Positions 27,204 through 37,676 of a stretch of DNA of 64,000 nucleotides are shown here, one piece after another (position 1 is the first letter of the stretch; each line of letters opens with the position of its first letter). The translations under genes and the position numbers were made by a program. Source of the stretch: Cytophagaceae bacterium (lineage in GTDB: Bacteria > Bacteroidota > Bacteroidia > Cytophagales > Flexibacteraceae); the NCBI GenBank assembly GCA_027487695.1, contig JAIYDB010000019.1, positions 15,372-79,371 of the forward strand, in the 5' to 3' direction. The notes beneath the pieces were generated by a model that saw nothing but the letters and a program-made list of their open reading frames with translations, searched no databases and was not told where the DNA came from.

Positions 27204-28121
27204 TTACAGAATAAATGTCGGCAAAAATCCTAGTGATAGCGATTTAAGCAAAAACAAAACCGCACTACCCAAAGCAATTAACGAAAGTACTTTTAGCTGC
27301 GGATCGTATTCAGCAACTGATGTAGCTAACCGCATTTGCTTATTGTGCATATATAAAAGCACCAATACCAAAAAAGTACCTATTCCAAAGTGAGGGAAAA
27401 GGAAAAACATTCCTATGTATCCAAATCCCAGCAACATAGAGTGGTAAATTAAAGCAGCCTTTCTGCCAATAATTACTGGGATTGACTTTTTGCCAGCTAG
27501 AGTATCACTTTCTATATCACGCACATTATTAACATTAAGCACCCCTGTTGCTAGCAGCCCCATACCAATTGCAGGTATCAAGAAAAGTGGGTGCCATTGA
27601 TCGCTTTGTAAAAACCAAGTTCCTAATACTCCTACAGGTCCAAAAAAGGTCAGTACCGATATATCGCCTAATCCCATGTAACCATAAGGCCTTTTGCCAT
27701 TGGTATACAAAATAGCAGCAGCAATGGCCAGAATTCCAGCCCCAAGAAAGTAAGGCCATAAATAAGTTCTTTCTTGTAAGGCAATTGCTAAAAGTCCTAT
27801 TCCTGAAACAAATGCAAGCACTGCAAAAATCACTATTGCCTTAAACATTTGCTGTTTAGTAATTACACCAGTTTGAACTGCACGCTTAGGTCCTTTTCTA
27901 TGTTCACCATCTGCACCGTGAATACTATCGCCATAGTCATTGGCTAGGTTGCTCAAGATTTGTAAAAACAAGGTGGTTAAAATACAAAGCCCAAACACCA
28001 AAGGATTAAAAGCACCTTGTTGAATTGCCAATGCCCCACCTACTATAATACTACTTAACGAAAGTGGCAGTGTGCGTAACCTAAAGGCAGATATCCAGAC
28101 CTTTACAGGCGAATGGTTCAT
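27204..28121 (-). CDS. menA: 1,4-dihydroxy-2-naphthoate polyprenyltransferase
   Basis: UbiA family motif NLANDYGDSIHGAD and a multi-TM profile. Start reset to ATG 28121. Confidence 0.88.
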   Translation of the reverse strand: MNHSPVKVWISAFRLRTLPLSLSSIIVGGALAIQQGAFNPLVFGLCILTTLFLQILSNLANDYGDSIHGADGEHRKGPKRAVQTGVITKQQMFKAIVIFAVLAFVSGIGLLAIALQERTYLWPYFLGAGILAIAAAILYTNGKRPYGYMGLGDISVLTFFGPVGVLGTWFLQSDQWHPLFLIPAIGMGLLATGVLNVNNVRDIESDTLAGKKSIPVIIGRKAALIYHSMLLGFGYIGMFFLFPHFGIGTFLVLVLLYMHNKQMRLATSVAEYDPQLKVLSLIALGSAVLFLLKSLSLGFLPTFIL

Positions 28122-28165
28122 TTTTTGTAGAGTATTCAAGGTAACCAAATTAGGGTTAAAGCCAA

Positions 28166-28173
28166 TAAGTTTG
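28166..28173 (+). promoter_or_regulatory. -7 promoter box TAagTTTG for ileS
   Basis: TAnnTTTG match 48 nt upstream of ATG 28222. Confidence 0.35.
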
Positions 28174-28221
28174 GCAAAGGACGCTATATTGTGGATATTT
28201 GCAGCAATTTTAAAATTACGA

Positions 28222-31200
28222 ATGAAATACCAAGAATATAAACAACAGGATTTCACTTCTGTTGCTCAAGAAGTAAGCGAATTTTGGAAAGCAGGAAACG
28301 TTTTTGAGCGTAGTATCTCTGAAAGAGAGGGTAAGCCTACCTTTACATTCTTTGAAGGACCACCTTCAGCCAATGGGGTTCCTGGTATTCACCATGTAAT
28401 GTCCAGAACGGTTAAAGATGTATTCTGTAGGTATAAAACTATGCAAGGTTTCCAAGTGAAGCGAAAAGCAGGATGGGATACGCACGGTTTACCAGTTGAA
28501 TTACAAGTAGAAAAAGAACTCGGTATCACGAAAGATGATATCGGTAAAAAAATATCGGTTCAGGAATATAACCAAAAGTGTCGTGAGGCAGTAATGAAGT
28601 ACACCCACTTATGGCGTGAACTTACTGAACAAATGGGTTATTGGGTTGATTTGGATAATCCTTATATCACCTACGAAACGAAGTATGTAGAAACCCTTTG
28701 GCATTTACTTAAAAGGCTCTACGATAAAGATTTATTATACAAGGGCTATACCATACAGCCTTATTCTCCTGCGGCTGGTACTGGTTTGAGTTCTCACGAA
28801 TTGAACCAACCAGGCACTTATAGAGATGTTAAGGATACATCTATTGTTGCTCAGTTCAAGGTTAAACTAGAACGTAAATCAGATTTTCTGTTTACGGATA
28901 GCAGTATAGATGTCTATTTCTTAGCTTGGACAACTACACCTTGGACCTTGCCAAGTAATGCAGCTTTAGTAGTGGGTGAGAAAATCACCTACGCCAAAGT
29001 AAAAACTTATAATCCGTACACCTTTAAGCCAATGAGTGTAATTCTTGCTGCCGATTTAGTGGGCAAGTATTTCTCTGAGAAGGCAAAGGAAGTATCGTTT
29101 GACGATTATAAAGCTGGCGATAAACTTATCCCTTGGATAGTAGAAGGTACCTATAAAGGTTCACAACTATTAGGCATAAAGTATGAGCAATTAATGCCTT
29201 ACGTTCAGCCTTCAGAACCTGCATTTTATGTAATTCCAGGCGATTTCGTAACCATTGAAGATGGTACTGGCATAGTTCATTGCGCCCCAACTTTCGGTGC
29301 AGATGATTACCGTGTTGCCAAGGCAGCTGGAATTCCGCCAATTATGGTTACCGATGAAAACGGCAACCAAGTTCCATTGGTAAATAAGCAAGGTAAATTT
29401 GTAGCTGAGGTTACGGATTACGCTGGTATGTATGTTAAAAACTATGGTGGCGACGATGAAGCTGCCCCTGGTTATAAGAGTACCGATGTGCTTATTTCTA
29501 TCAAACTTAAAGAAGAAAACAAAGCTTTTAAGGTCGAAAAATACGAACACAGCTATCCGCATTGTTGGCGTACCGATAAGCCTATTCTCTATTATCCAAT
29601 GGAGAGTTGGTTTATTAAAACTACTGCCTACAAAAGTCGTTTGGTTGAATTAAACAATACCATTAACTGGAAACCAGCAAGCACTGGTAGCGGTAGGTTT
29701 GGCAACTGGTTAGAAAATCTGGTAGATTGGAACCTGAGTCGTTCTCGGTACTGGGGTACTCCCCTACCCATTTGGCGTAGTGAAGATGGTACTGCTGAAG
29801 TTTGCATTGGTTCATTAACTGAATTAAAAGAAGGTCTTGAAAAAGCTATTTCATCTGGAAAGTTAACAGAAAGTCAAATAGCCCATAATCAAATATTTAT
29901 AGAAAGAATTGCCGCTGGCAATGCCGATTTACACCGTCCATTTGTGGATGATATTGTTTTAGTATCGGCAGATGGAGTAGTTCTAACCCGTGAAAGTGAC
30001 TTAGTTGACGTTTGGTTCGATAGCGGTGCAATGCCTTATGCTCAATGGCATTTCCCATTTGAAAACGAAGAAATTTTCAACCAAAGTTACCCAGCCGATT
30101 TCATTGCAGAAGGAGTTGATCAAACCCGTGGATGGTTCTTTACCTTACACGCCTTGGCTGTGATGCTATTTGATCAAGTGGCATTCAAAAATGTAATTGC
30201 CAATGGTTTAGTGCTTGATAAGAAGGGCGAGAAAATGAGTAAGCGATTGGGTAATGTAATTAACCCATTCGAAACCTTAAAGCAATATGGTCCAGATGCA
30301 ACCCGCTGGTATATGATTGCCAATGCACCACCTTGGGAAAACCTAAAGTTTGACCTTGAAGGCATTAAAGAAACCAGTCGTAAGCTATTCGGAACGCTAT
30401 ATAATACTTACAACTTCTTTGCGCTATATGCCAATTTAGATGGCTTTAGTTTCAAAGAAGCAAGTATACCATTAGCAGAAAGAACAGAATCTGACCGCTG
30501 GATTTTGAGTAGGTTGAATAGTCTGATCAAAGAAGTGGAAGCTTCTTTCAACGACTACGACCCTACCAAAGGCGCAAGAGCTATCCAAGAATTTGTAAAT
30601 GAGGAGTTAAGTAACTGGTATGTTCGCTTAAACAGAAAGCGTTTCTGGAAAGGTGAATACAATGCCGATAAAATTGCTGCCTACCAAACTCTTTATACCT
30701 GTTTGGAAGTATTGGCACAATTGATGGCACCTGTAGCCCCATTCTATTCGGAACGTCTGTTTACCGACTTAAATACTGTTTCAGGTAAATCAGATGCAGG
30801 TTCAGTGCACTTAAGCTTGTGGCCTAGTGCCCAAGATAATTGCATTGATTTAGCTTTGGAAGAGCGTATGCACATTGCTCAGCAAATGAGTAGTCTTATC
30901 CATAGTTTGCGTAAGAAGCACAACTTGAAAGTAAGACAGCCACTGCAAAGAGTATTGGTTCCTACATTAACTGATAGCTTTAAGGCACAAGTTGAAAAAG
31001 TAGCTGAACTTATTCTTTCTGAAACCAACGTTAAAACAGTTGAATACGTAGGTGCCGATTCAGGCATTATTGTAAAGAAATTAAAGCCTAACTTTAAAAA
31101 ACTAGGTGCTCATTTCGGTGCTAAAATGAAGGATATAGCCAATGCTATCACTTTATTAGATGCCGATGCTATTGCACAACTTGAAAATAACGATAGTTAT

Positions 31201-31602
31201 CAATTAGCTATTGGATCCGATATTCATTTGATTACCCTTGAAGATGTAGAAATACGTACCGAGGATATCCCAGGTTGGTTAGTGGCTTCAGAAGGTGGAA
31301 TTACCATTGCTTTAGATACTACCCTTACTCCTGAACTAATCAAAGAAGGCATTGCTCGCGATGTAGTTAATCGTGTTCAAAACCTTAGAAAAGATACTGG
31401 TTTAGAGGTTCAAGATAAAATTGAGATTGCTTTCCTAGTTCATGAAAATGCAGTTGTAAACGATGCACTAACTGACTTTGCAGCCTATATACAAGCAGAA
31501 ACACAGGCATTGAAACTGGCGCTTTCTCCTGAGTTAGCAGATACTACTGCCCTAGAAATAGACGATTATACCCTTCAAATAAAGCTTGAAGTAGTAAAAT
31601 AG
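28222..31602 (+). CDS. ileS: Isoleucine--tRNA ligase (type 2)
   Basis: 1126 aa. HIGH-type PPSANGVPGIHHVMSR and KMSKRLGN. The upstream 50 codons overlap menA and were discarded. Confidence 0.97.
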   Translation: MKYQEYKQQDFTSVAQEVSEFWKAGNVFERSISEREGKPTFTFFEGPPSANGVPGIHHVMSRTVKDVFCRYKTMQGFQVKRKAGWDTHGLPVELQVEKELGITKDDIGKKISVQEYNQKCREAVMKYTHLWRELTEQMGYWVDLDNPYITYETKYVETLWHLLKRLYDKDLLYKGYTIQPYSPAAGTGLSSHELNQPGTYRDVKDTSIVAQFKVKLERKSDFLFTDSSIDVYFLAWTTTPWTLPSNAALVVGEKITYAKVKTYNPYTFKPMSVILAADLVGKYFSEKAKEVSFDDYKAGDKLIPWIVEGTYKGSQLLGIKYEQLMPYVQPSEPAFYVIPGDFVTIEDGTGIVHCAPTFGADDYRVAKAAGIPPIMVTDENGNQVPLVNKQGKFVAEVTDYAGMYVKNYGGDDEAAPGYKSTDVLISIKLKEENKAFKVEKYEHSYPHCWRTDKPILYYPMESWFIKTTAYKSRLVELNNTINWKPASTGSGRFGNWLENLVDWNLSRSRYWGTPLPIWRSEDGTAEVCIGSLTELKEGLEKAISSGKLTESQIAHNQIFIERIAAGNADLHRPFVDDIVLVSADGVVLTRESDLVDVWFDSGAMPYAQWHFPFENEEIFNQSYPADFIAEGVDQTRGWFFTLHALAVMLFDQVAFKNVIANGLVLDKKGEKMSKRLGNVINPFETLKQYGPDATRWYMIANAPPWENLKFDLEGIKETSRKLFGTLYNTYNFFALYANLDGFSFKEASIPLAERTESDRWILSRLNSLIKEVEASFNDYDPTKGARAIQEFVNEELSNWYVRLNRKRFWKGEYNADKIAAYQTLYTCLEVLAQLMAPVAPFYSERLFTDLNTVSGKSDAGSVHLSLWPSAQDNCIDLALEERMHIAQQMSSLIHSLRKKHNLKVRQPLQRVLVPTLTDSFKAQVEKVAELILSETNVKTVEYVGADSGIIVKKLKPNFKKLGAHFGAKMKDIANAITLLDADAIAQLENNDSYQLAIGSDIHLITLEDVEIRTEDIPGWLVASEGGITIALDTTLTPELIKEGIARDVVNRVQNLRKDTGLEVQDKIEIAFLVHENAVVNDALTDFAAYIQAETQALKLALSPELADTTALEIDDYTLQIKLEVVK

Positions 31603-31667
31603 CAAACAACAAACCTATGCAGTAGGTTAATAAGCTATTGCCCTTTCTACTCAATATACAAAACCTG

Positions 31668-32393
31668 ATGACTGTAGTTCCTTACAAGGATTCTGACGAT
31701 AACAAAAAGGCACAAGTTGCCAATATGTTCGATAATATATCGCCTAAGTACGATTTGCTTAACCGAGTACTTTCGTTGGGGATTGATATTTATTGGCGTA
31801 AGCAAGCCTTAAAGTTCTTTAAGGGTCATCAGATAAAGTTGATGTTGGATATTGCTACAGGCACTGCCGATTTTGCTATTGAAGCCCAACGAAGTTTAAA
31901 AGTTGAAAAAGTTATTGGGGTTGATATAAGCGAGGGTATGCTCTCACTGGGCAGAGTTAAGCTAAAGGAAAAAAACTTAACCAGCTCAATAGAACTGCTT
32001 AGTGGCGATAGCGAGAACTTACAGTTTCCTGATAATACTTTTGATGCCATTACAGTAGCCTTTGGTGTACGTAACTTTGAAAACCTAAGTAAGGGTTTAA
32101 AAGAAATGCATAGAGTATTAAAACCAGGTGGCGCAGTGGTAATTCTGGAGTTTTCTAAGCCAAGAGTTTTCCCTGTTAAACAGATTTATTGGTTTTATAG
32201 CAATACCATTTTACCTTTGATTGGTAAACTCATCAGTAAAGATGCGTCTGCCTATACCTACTTACCAGAATCGGTTCAAGCTTTTCCAGATGGAAAAACA
32301 TTTACCGATATTTTGGCAAGTTGCGGGTTTGTAAATACGCAAAGTAAAACACTCACGTTTGGTATAGTAAGTGCCTATTACGGAAAGAAGTAA
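31668..32393 (+). CDS. ubiE: Demethylmenaquinone methyltransferase (UbiE/MenG)
   Basis: Motifs MFDNISPKYDLLN and SAM motif LDIATGTADF. Confidence 0.9.
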   Translation: MTVVPYKDSDDNKKAQVANMFDNISPKYDLLNRVLSLGIDIYWRKQALKFFKGHQIKLMLDIATGTADFAIEAQRSLKVEKVIGVDISEGMLSLGRVKLKEKNLTSSIELLSGDSENLQFPDNTFDAITVAFGVRNFENLSKGLKEMHRVLKPGGAVVILEFSKPRVFPVKQIYWFYSNTILPLIGKLISKDASAYTYLPESVQAFPDGKTFTDILASCGFVNTQSKTLTFGIVSAYYGKK

Positions 32394-32404
32394 AATTTTA
32401 TATT

Positions 32405-33232
32405 TTGAACTACCTACCTTCATTTTCTGTGCGACTGTTCTTTTTAGTGTTCGGCCTTTTAGGCTGTACCTCTATTGTTTTTGCACAGAGTACTCCACCT
32501 AAATCGGTTTATAGTTTCGATACCAAGAAAAGTAAAAAGAAACGTGTTAAGGGCATGAACCGACCTGAATACGACCAAAGGTTACTGCACCTTGGCTTTT
32601 CTTTTGGATTGCACTATACTACATTTAGAATTAGAACCAATCAGGAATTTGCAAATAGAATAGCTGCAAGGCAAGCTAATCCAGATACTGGAACAAGGGC
32701 TCCTACTACAATTTTCGGCGCAGACCCTATTGGGGTTCCTGGGTTTACGGTTGGTTTTATTTTACCTAACTTTAGAATAAACAGGTACTTTGAATTGAGG
32801 TTCCACCCATCAGTATCTTTCTATAACAGATATGTAAACTTCCGATACAGTGGTGCCCGAGGTGATAGTATAAGTACGCAGCTTAATCAATCTATCTATT
32901 CATTTGTAGAGCCTACAATTCTACTCAAATACCACTCTAAACGTAGGAATAACACTCGTATGTTTATGGTAGCTGGGATAAAGCCGGGTTTAGAAGTTGG
33001 AGTAAAACGTGAAGAATTAGACCCAACTGTACTTCGCCTTAAAGGAGCTGACCTCAGTATTGAATATGGTTTTGGAATAGAATTATATTATCCCTTATTC
33101 AAGTTTAGCCCAGAACTACGTTTCTCTCACGGTTTACTGAATATGATTTACCCAGATAATAACCGATATACCCAAATTCTTAACCGTATGAATACGCATA
33201 CGGTAACACTATTTTTGAATTTCGAAGGGTAG
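32405..33232 (+). CDS. PorT/SprT-like outer-membrane beta-barrel protein
   Basis: Signal peptide ending VFAQ, beta-barrel pattern and C-terminal LNFEG. Sits downstream of ubiE, as I recall for porT in Bacteroidota. TTG start. Confidence 0.5.
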   Translation: MNYLPSFSVRLFFLVFGLLGCTSIVFAQSTPPKSVYSFDTKKSKKKRVKGMNRPEYDQRLLHLGFSFGLHYTTFRIRTNQEFANRIAARQANPDTGTRAPTTIFGADPIGVPGFTVGFILPNFRINRYFELRFHPSVSFYNRYVNFRYSGARGDSISTQLNQSIYSFVEPTILLKYHSKRRNNTRMFMVAGIKPGLEVGVKREELDPTVLRLKGADLSIEYGFGIELYYPLFKFSPELRFSHGLLNMIYPDNNRYTQILNRMNTHTVTLFLNFEG

Positions 33233-33583
33233 TTATTTGTTGGTTGCAAGGTTAACAATCCACTGCAGTAAAACTGTGAACCAAAATAAATAACTTAATG
33301 GGTTATTTATACTGGTAAGGTTAGGCAATATCTTATCGGACTTTTTGTTAAAACTGATTACAATTCCTAATACTAAAACTGTTGCCCAAAGGAAGTTGTA
33401 GTATAAAGATGCAAGTAAATCTCCTTTAAAAATAGATAAAAGCGCTCTGGTAACTCCACAGCTTGGGCAAGGCAATCCGTAAAGAATTTTGGATGGGCAA
33501 ACAACCACGGTTAAGTCAAAAAGATATTGGGCCAAAAAATAAAAAAAAGCCAAAAATAACAAACTTAGTAAAGGCTTGTTCAT
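33233..33583 (-). CDS. DUF2752 domain-containing membrane protein
   Basis: Motif CPSCGVTRA. ATG 33583 is preferred over TTG 33625. Confidence 0.7.
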   Translation of the reverse strand: MNKPLLSLLFLAFFYFLAQYLFDLTVVVCPSKILYGLPCPSCGVTRALLSIFKGDLLASLYYNFLWATVLVLGIVISFNKKSDKILPNLTSINNPLSYLFWFTVLLQWIVNLATNK

Positions 33584-33614
33584 TAATGGCTTTTTAAGAT
33601 ATTTATAACTTAGG

Positions 33615-33953
33615 TTAGTAAGCAACCTCCATTAACATTTTAAAGTTGGCTTCTTTCGCCATTTTTTGAATATTAAACCAATCAATGATAGACCAAATAC
33701 CTAGACCACCACAAGTTAATAATTTACCAATTCCAGCACCTGTTTGACCAAGCATAAAGCGGTCAATTCCTAAGCCTCCGATTAATATAGATATGATTAA
33801 CAGCGTTTGAGGATTCTTGAAATCAATACTCTGAACTAAGTTAAACTTTCCAGAGTCTAATTTTAATAGTTGATCTCTAATTACACCCATTTTTGAAGAT
33901 GGGAAGTTTTTTGCATTTAATGCGATAAACATATCGACTTTTTCTTGTTCCAT
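33615..33953 (-). CDS. TM2 domain-containing protein
   Basis: Motifs GGLGIDRFMLG and KLLTCGGLGIW. Confidence 0.8.
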   Translation of the reverse strand: MEQEKVDMFIALNAKNFPSSKMGVIRDQLLKLDSGKFNLVQSIDFKNPQTLLIISILIGGLGIDRFMLGQTGAGIGKLLTCGGLGIWSIIDWFNIQKMAKEANFKMLMEVAY

Positions 33954-34077
33954 TTTTTTTAGGATTTAGAGTAAATAATCAGAAGTATAATTACAATGTA
34001 AAGAAAAGAAAAAAAACAACAGCCTTAACAAAATAACAATTAATTAACAGCATAATCTAGTAATTATAAATATTAAA

Positions 34078-34434
34078 TTACCAAACAATGCCATTATTTA
34101 CAGATGCTTGTAAAAATTTCTGAAAATTCGCTTCCTTGGTGGCTTCAATTATTAAGAATAAGTCTACAACCCACCATACTAAAAAGCCTCCGCATGTTAA
34201 AAGCTTAGCTATACCTAAGCCAGTTTCACCCAACATAAAGCGATCAACTCCTAAATGCCCTGCAAAGATAGAAACCAATAATAAAGAATTAGGTTCCTTA
34301 TAATCAACAGATTGTACCATAAAAAAACCATTATCATCTAATTGATCTAGCCTTTCCTTCATAAAACGTAGTTTATCAGATGGGAAGCTTTTACTGTTCA
34401 TCATTAAGAACATATTACTTTTACTTTGTTCCAT
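34078..34434 (-). CDS. TM2 domain-containing protein (tandem paralog)
   Basis: Motifs [11 protein letters not shown] and [11 protein letters not shown]. Start reset to ATG 34434. Confidence 0.8.
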   Translation of the reverse strand: MEQSKSNMFLMMNSKSFPSDKLRFMKERLDQLDDNGFFMVQSVDYKEPNSLLLVSIFAGHLGVDRFMLGETGLGIAKLLTCGGFLVWWVVDLFLIIEATKEANFQKFLQASVNNGIVW

Positions 34435-34501
34435 ATCACTGTTATTTTTACAATGATAGTAAATTTTTCTAATCAAGTATTTCTCTAAATCTTATTCAAA
34501 A

Positions 34502-34529
34502 AAAACGCCAACATTGCTGTTGGCGTTTT
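34502..34529 (-). terminator. Terminator of typA
   Basis: 10-bp stem AACGCCAACA/TGTTGGCGTT with loop TTGC. T-run on the minus strand. Confidence 0.7.
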
Positions 34530-34549
34530 CAATATCAGTTAGCTGAAGA

Positions 34550-36364
34550 CTATGCTTCTTCAAACTTGTTTTCCATACGCTTACGCTCGTTAGGATCGAG
34601 GTAAATTTTACGCATTCTCATACTCTTTGGAGTTACCTCTAAGTACTCGTCTTTTTGGATATACTCCATTGATTCTTCTAACGAGAACTGAATTTTTGGT
34701 GCAATACGCACGTTATCATCAGTACCTGAAGCACGCATGTTGGTCAATTTTTTGGCCTTCTGAATGTTTACTTCCAAATCGTTATCACGGTTATGTTCGC
34801 CAATTACCTGACCAGCATAAACATCCTCGCCCGGATCAACAAAGAACACACCTCTATCTTGTAGCTTATCAATTGCATAAGCAGTACCAGGACCAGTTTC
34901 CATTGCAATTAACGAACCGTTAATTCTGCCGGCGATTGGACCTTTAAATGCATCATACTTGATAAAGCGGTGGTTCATTACTGCCTCACCAGCTGTTGCG
35001 TTCAATACGTTAGTACGTAAGCCAATTAGGCCACGGCTAGGCACTTCAAACTCTAAGTGCTGTAAATCGCCTTTTGGTTCCATAATGCGTAGTTCGCCTT
35101 TACGTTGGCTCACTAATTCGATTACTTTACCAGCAGATACTTCCGGAACATCAACTACCAATAATTCAACTGGCTCGTGACGTTGACCATCAACTTCTTT
35201 ATATAAAACTTGAGGCTGACCTACTTGTAATTCAAAACCTTCTCTACGCATTGTTTCAATCAATACAGAAAGGTGAAGAATACCACGACCAAACACTAAG
35301 AACTTATCTTCTGAACCTGTTTCTTGGATTTTAAGAGCCAAGTTCTTTTCAGTTTCTTTAAACAAACGATCACGTAAGTGACGGCTGGTTACAAACTTAC
35401 CTTCCTTACCATAGAAAGGCGAGTTATTGATAGTGAAGAGCATACTCATAGTAGGCTCATCAATAGAAATACGAGGTAATGCTTCTGGTTGGTCAAAATC
35501 GGCAATGGTATCGCCAATTTCAAAACCTTCAATACCAGTAATGGCACAAATTTCACCTGCAATAACTTCAGATACTTTGTTTCTGCCCAAACCTTCGAAC
35601 ACCATTAGTTCTTTGATACGGGTTTTCTTCATAGAACCATCGGCCTTGCAAAGCACCACTGGAGAGTTTTCTTTCAAAACACCACGGTGCACTCTACCAA
35701 TAGCAATTCTACCAACAAAGCTGCTATAATCCAAAGAAGTGATCTGGATTTGAGCAGGACCTTCATTAACTGGCGATTCTGGAATGTGCTTAATAATAGC
35801 TTCCAATAATGGCTCAATGGTATCGGTCGGAGTTTTCCAATCTGGACCCATCCAACCTTGCTTAGAGCTACCATACATGGTAACGAAGTCCAATTGTTCT
35901 TCGGTAGCATCTAAGTTAAACATCAAATCGAAAACCGATTCGTGAACTTCATCTGGCCTACAGTTAGGCTTATCAACCTTGTTTACTACTACAATAGGAG
36001 TAAGACCAAGTTGAAGTGCTTTACCCAATACAAATCGGGTTTGAGGCATAGGACCTTCAAAAGCATCTACCAATAGCAATACGCCATCGGCCATTTTAAG
36101 AACACGCTCTACTTCACCACCGAAATCGGCGTGACCAGGAGTATCTATAATGTTGATTTTGTAGTCTTTGTAACGTACCGATACGTTTTTGGACACAATA
36201 GTAATGCCACGTTCGCGCTCTAGGTCGTTGTTGTCCAAAATCAAGTCTTCGAACTCCTGATTTTCCCTAAACAACTTAGAGTAGTGAATGATTTTATCAA
36301 CCAAGGTAGTTTTACCATGGTCAACGTGGGCGATAATGGCAATGTTTCGAATTTTTTGCTGCAT
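34550..36364 (-). CDS. typA: Translational GTPase TypA/BipA
   Basis: Motifs AHVDHGKTT, DTPGHADF and NKVD. 604 aa from ATG 36364. Confidence 0.96.
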   Translation of the reverse strand: MQQKIRNIAIIAHVDHGKTTLVDKIIHYSKLFRENQEFEDLILDNNDLERERGITIVSKNVSVRYKDYKINIIDTPGHADFGGEVERVLKMADGVLLLVDAFEGPMPQTRFVLGKALQLGLTPIVVVNKVDKPNCRPDEVHESVFDLMFNLDATEEQLDFVTMYGSSKQGWMGPDWKTPTDTIEPLLEAIIKHIPESPVNEGPAQIQITSLDYSSFVGRIAIGRVHRGVLKENSPVVLCKADGSMKKTRIKELMVFEGLGRNKVSEVIAGEICAITGIEGFEIGDTIADFDQPEALPRISIDEPTMSMLFTINNSPFYGKEGKFVTSRHLRDRLFKETEKNLALKIQETGSEDKFLVFGRGILHLSVLIETMRREGFELQVGQPQVLYKEVDGQRHEPVELLVVDVPEVSAGKVIELVSQRKGELRIMEPKGDLQHLEFEVPSRGLIGLRTNVLNATAGEAVMNHRFIKYDAFKGPIAGRINGSLIAMETGPGTAYAIDKLQDRGVFFVDPGEDVYAGQVIGEHNRDNDLEVNIQKAKKLTNMRASGTDDNVRIAPKIQFSLEESMEYIQKDEYLEVTPKSMRMRKIYLDPNERKRMENKFEEA

Positions 36365-36400
36365 ACGATGCACTAAAAAGGCAATCTGATAAACGAGCCA

Positions 36401-36408
36401 CAAAGGTA
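36401..36408 (-). promoter_or_regulatory. -7 promoter box TAccTTTG for typA
   Basis: Reverse complement of CAAAGGTA, 36 nt upstream of the start. Confidence 0.35.
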
Positions 36409-36559
36409 GCCAATTTTATTTGGTAACAGTTTACAAAATTGTTAAGCCGTGCAAGTATCTTGCTTATTGATTGCGTGTTATTTCGTATTATTGCCCTTAC
36501 AAGCAATAAGTACCTTGTATTTACGTACTTAGAGCAATAAAATTTTAGCCCTTTACACA

Positions 36560-37270
36560 ATGGTACTTAATAATATATTTCTACAAATTAATCAGGTAGC
36601 AGTTCCAGATAGCCTTGCTCAACGAGTTGAAGGTCAAGGTGCTGCACAAGAAGGGCTATCAGCATTAGATTTATTGATGAAGGGTGGTTTGGTTATGATA
36701 CCAATTTTAATCCTTAGTATTTTAGCTATCTACTTATTTATAGAGCGATATTTATATGTGAAGCAGGCAGGCAAGTTAGACGATAACTTCCTTACCACAA
36801 TAAAGGAAAAACTTTATGCTGGTGATGTAAAAGCAGCTACCGATTTCTGCCATAACAGCAAATATCCTGTTGCAAGACTTATTGAAAAAGGCTTATCGCG
36901 CCTTGGCTCACCAATCAGAGATGTCGAAAGCGCTATCGAAAATACAGCGAAAGTTGAAATCTACAAGATGGAAAAGAACGTGCCTATTCTAGCAGCTGTA
37001 GCAACTATTGCACCTATGTTTGGTTTCCTAGGTACAGTAGTAGGTATGATTCAGGCCTTCTACAATATCTCTATTCAAGATAATATTAGTATTGGTGTAA
37101 TTTCATCTGGTATTTATACCAAAATGATTACCTCGGCAAGTGGACTTATTGTTGGTGTGGTGGCTTATATCTTCTATACTTATCTGAATACGATGATTGA
37201 TAGGGTTGCCCACAAAATGGAAGTGGTTGCCATCGAATTCCTAGATATCCTTCATAAACCTGTGGCATAA
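36560..37270 (+). CDS. exbB: MotA/TolQ/ExbB proton-channel protein
   Basis: 236 aa with 3 TM helices. C-terminal motif APMFGFLGTVVGMI. Confidence 0.88.
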   Translation: MVLNNIFLQINQVAVPDSLAQRVEGQGAAQEGLSALDLLMKGGLVMIPILILSILAIYLFIERYLYVKQAGKLDDNFLTTIKEKLYAGDVKAATDFCHNSKYPVARLIEKGLSRLGSPIRDVESAIENTAKVEIYKMEKNVPILAAVATIAPMFGFLGTVVGMIQAFYNISIQDNISIGVISSGIYTKMITSASGLIVGVVAYIFYTYLNTMIDRVAHKMEVVAIEFLDILHKPVA

Positions 37271-37668
37271 TGCAATTTAGAAAAAGGAAAAATACCCACG
37301 CAGCAGTAGAAGCAGGTGCCCTTTCGGACATCCTGTTTTTCCTGATGCTCTTCTTTCTGATTGTAAGTACCTTGGCTAGTCCTAATGCTATTAAGTTATT
37401 ACTACCAAAAGCAGCAACTGGTCAAACTGTGCCTAGGCATAAAATTGAACTAAGTGTAACTTCAGACTTACAGGTTTATATAGATAAGCGTTTGGTGAAC
37501 AAAGCCAATTTAGAATCAGAATTACGTGCTGAAGCCGCTGGTCAAGAAAACCCAACAGTGGTTTTAAAAATTGATAAATCGGTAACCGTAGAAAACCTTA
37601 TTGATGTGGTAGATGCTTGCAACAAAGCTAAAGTACCCATGGTTATAGCTACTGAAAAGACTAAATAA
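37270..37668 (+). CDS. exbD: Biopolymer transporter ExbD/TolR
   Basis: 132 aa. Motif LSDILFFLMLFFL. The ATG overlaps the exbB stop. Confidence 0.88.
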   Translation: MQFRKRKNTHAAVEAGALSDILFFLMLFFLIVSTLASPNAIKLLLPKAATGQTVPRHKIELSVTSDLQVYIDKRLVNKANLESELRAEAAGQENPTVVLKIDKSVTVENLIDVVDACNKAKVPMVIATEKTK

Positions 37669-37676
37669 CTCTGTTT

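Noticed and set aside
29212-29562. 116-aa ORF antisense to ileS (similar cases: 29126-29341, 29432-29653, 30174-30365, 30879-31067)
   Set aside because: It lies entirely inside a strongly supported ileS reading frame. The products are low-complexity or odd in composition, typical of shadow ORFs.
35427-35729. 100-aa ORF antisense to typA, plus 34627-35180 and 35674-35910
   Set aside because: The typA frame carries the full GTPase motifs, so these are frame shadows.
36463-36520. Weak inverted repeat (CTTATTG ... CAATAAG) upstream of exbB as a possible riboswitch or sRNA
   Set aside because: It has only a 7-bp AT-rich stem with a loop of about 40 nt and no supporting conservation signal.
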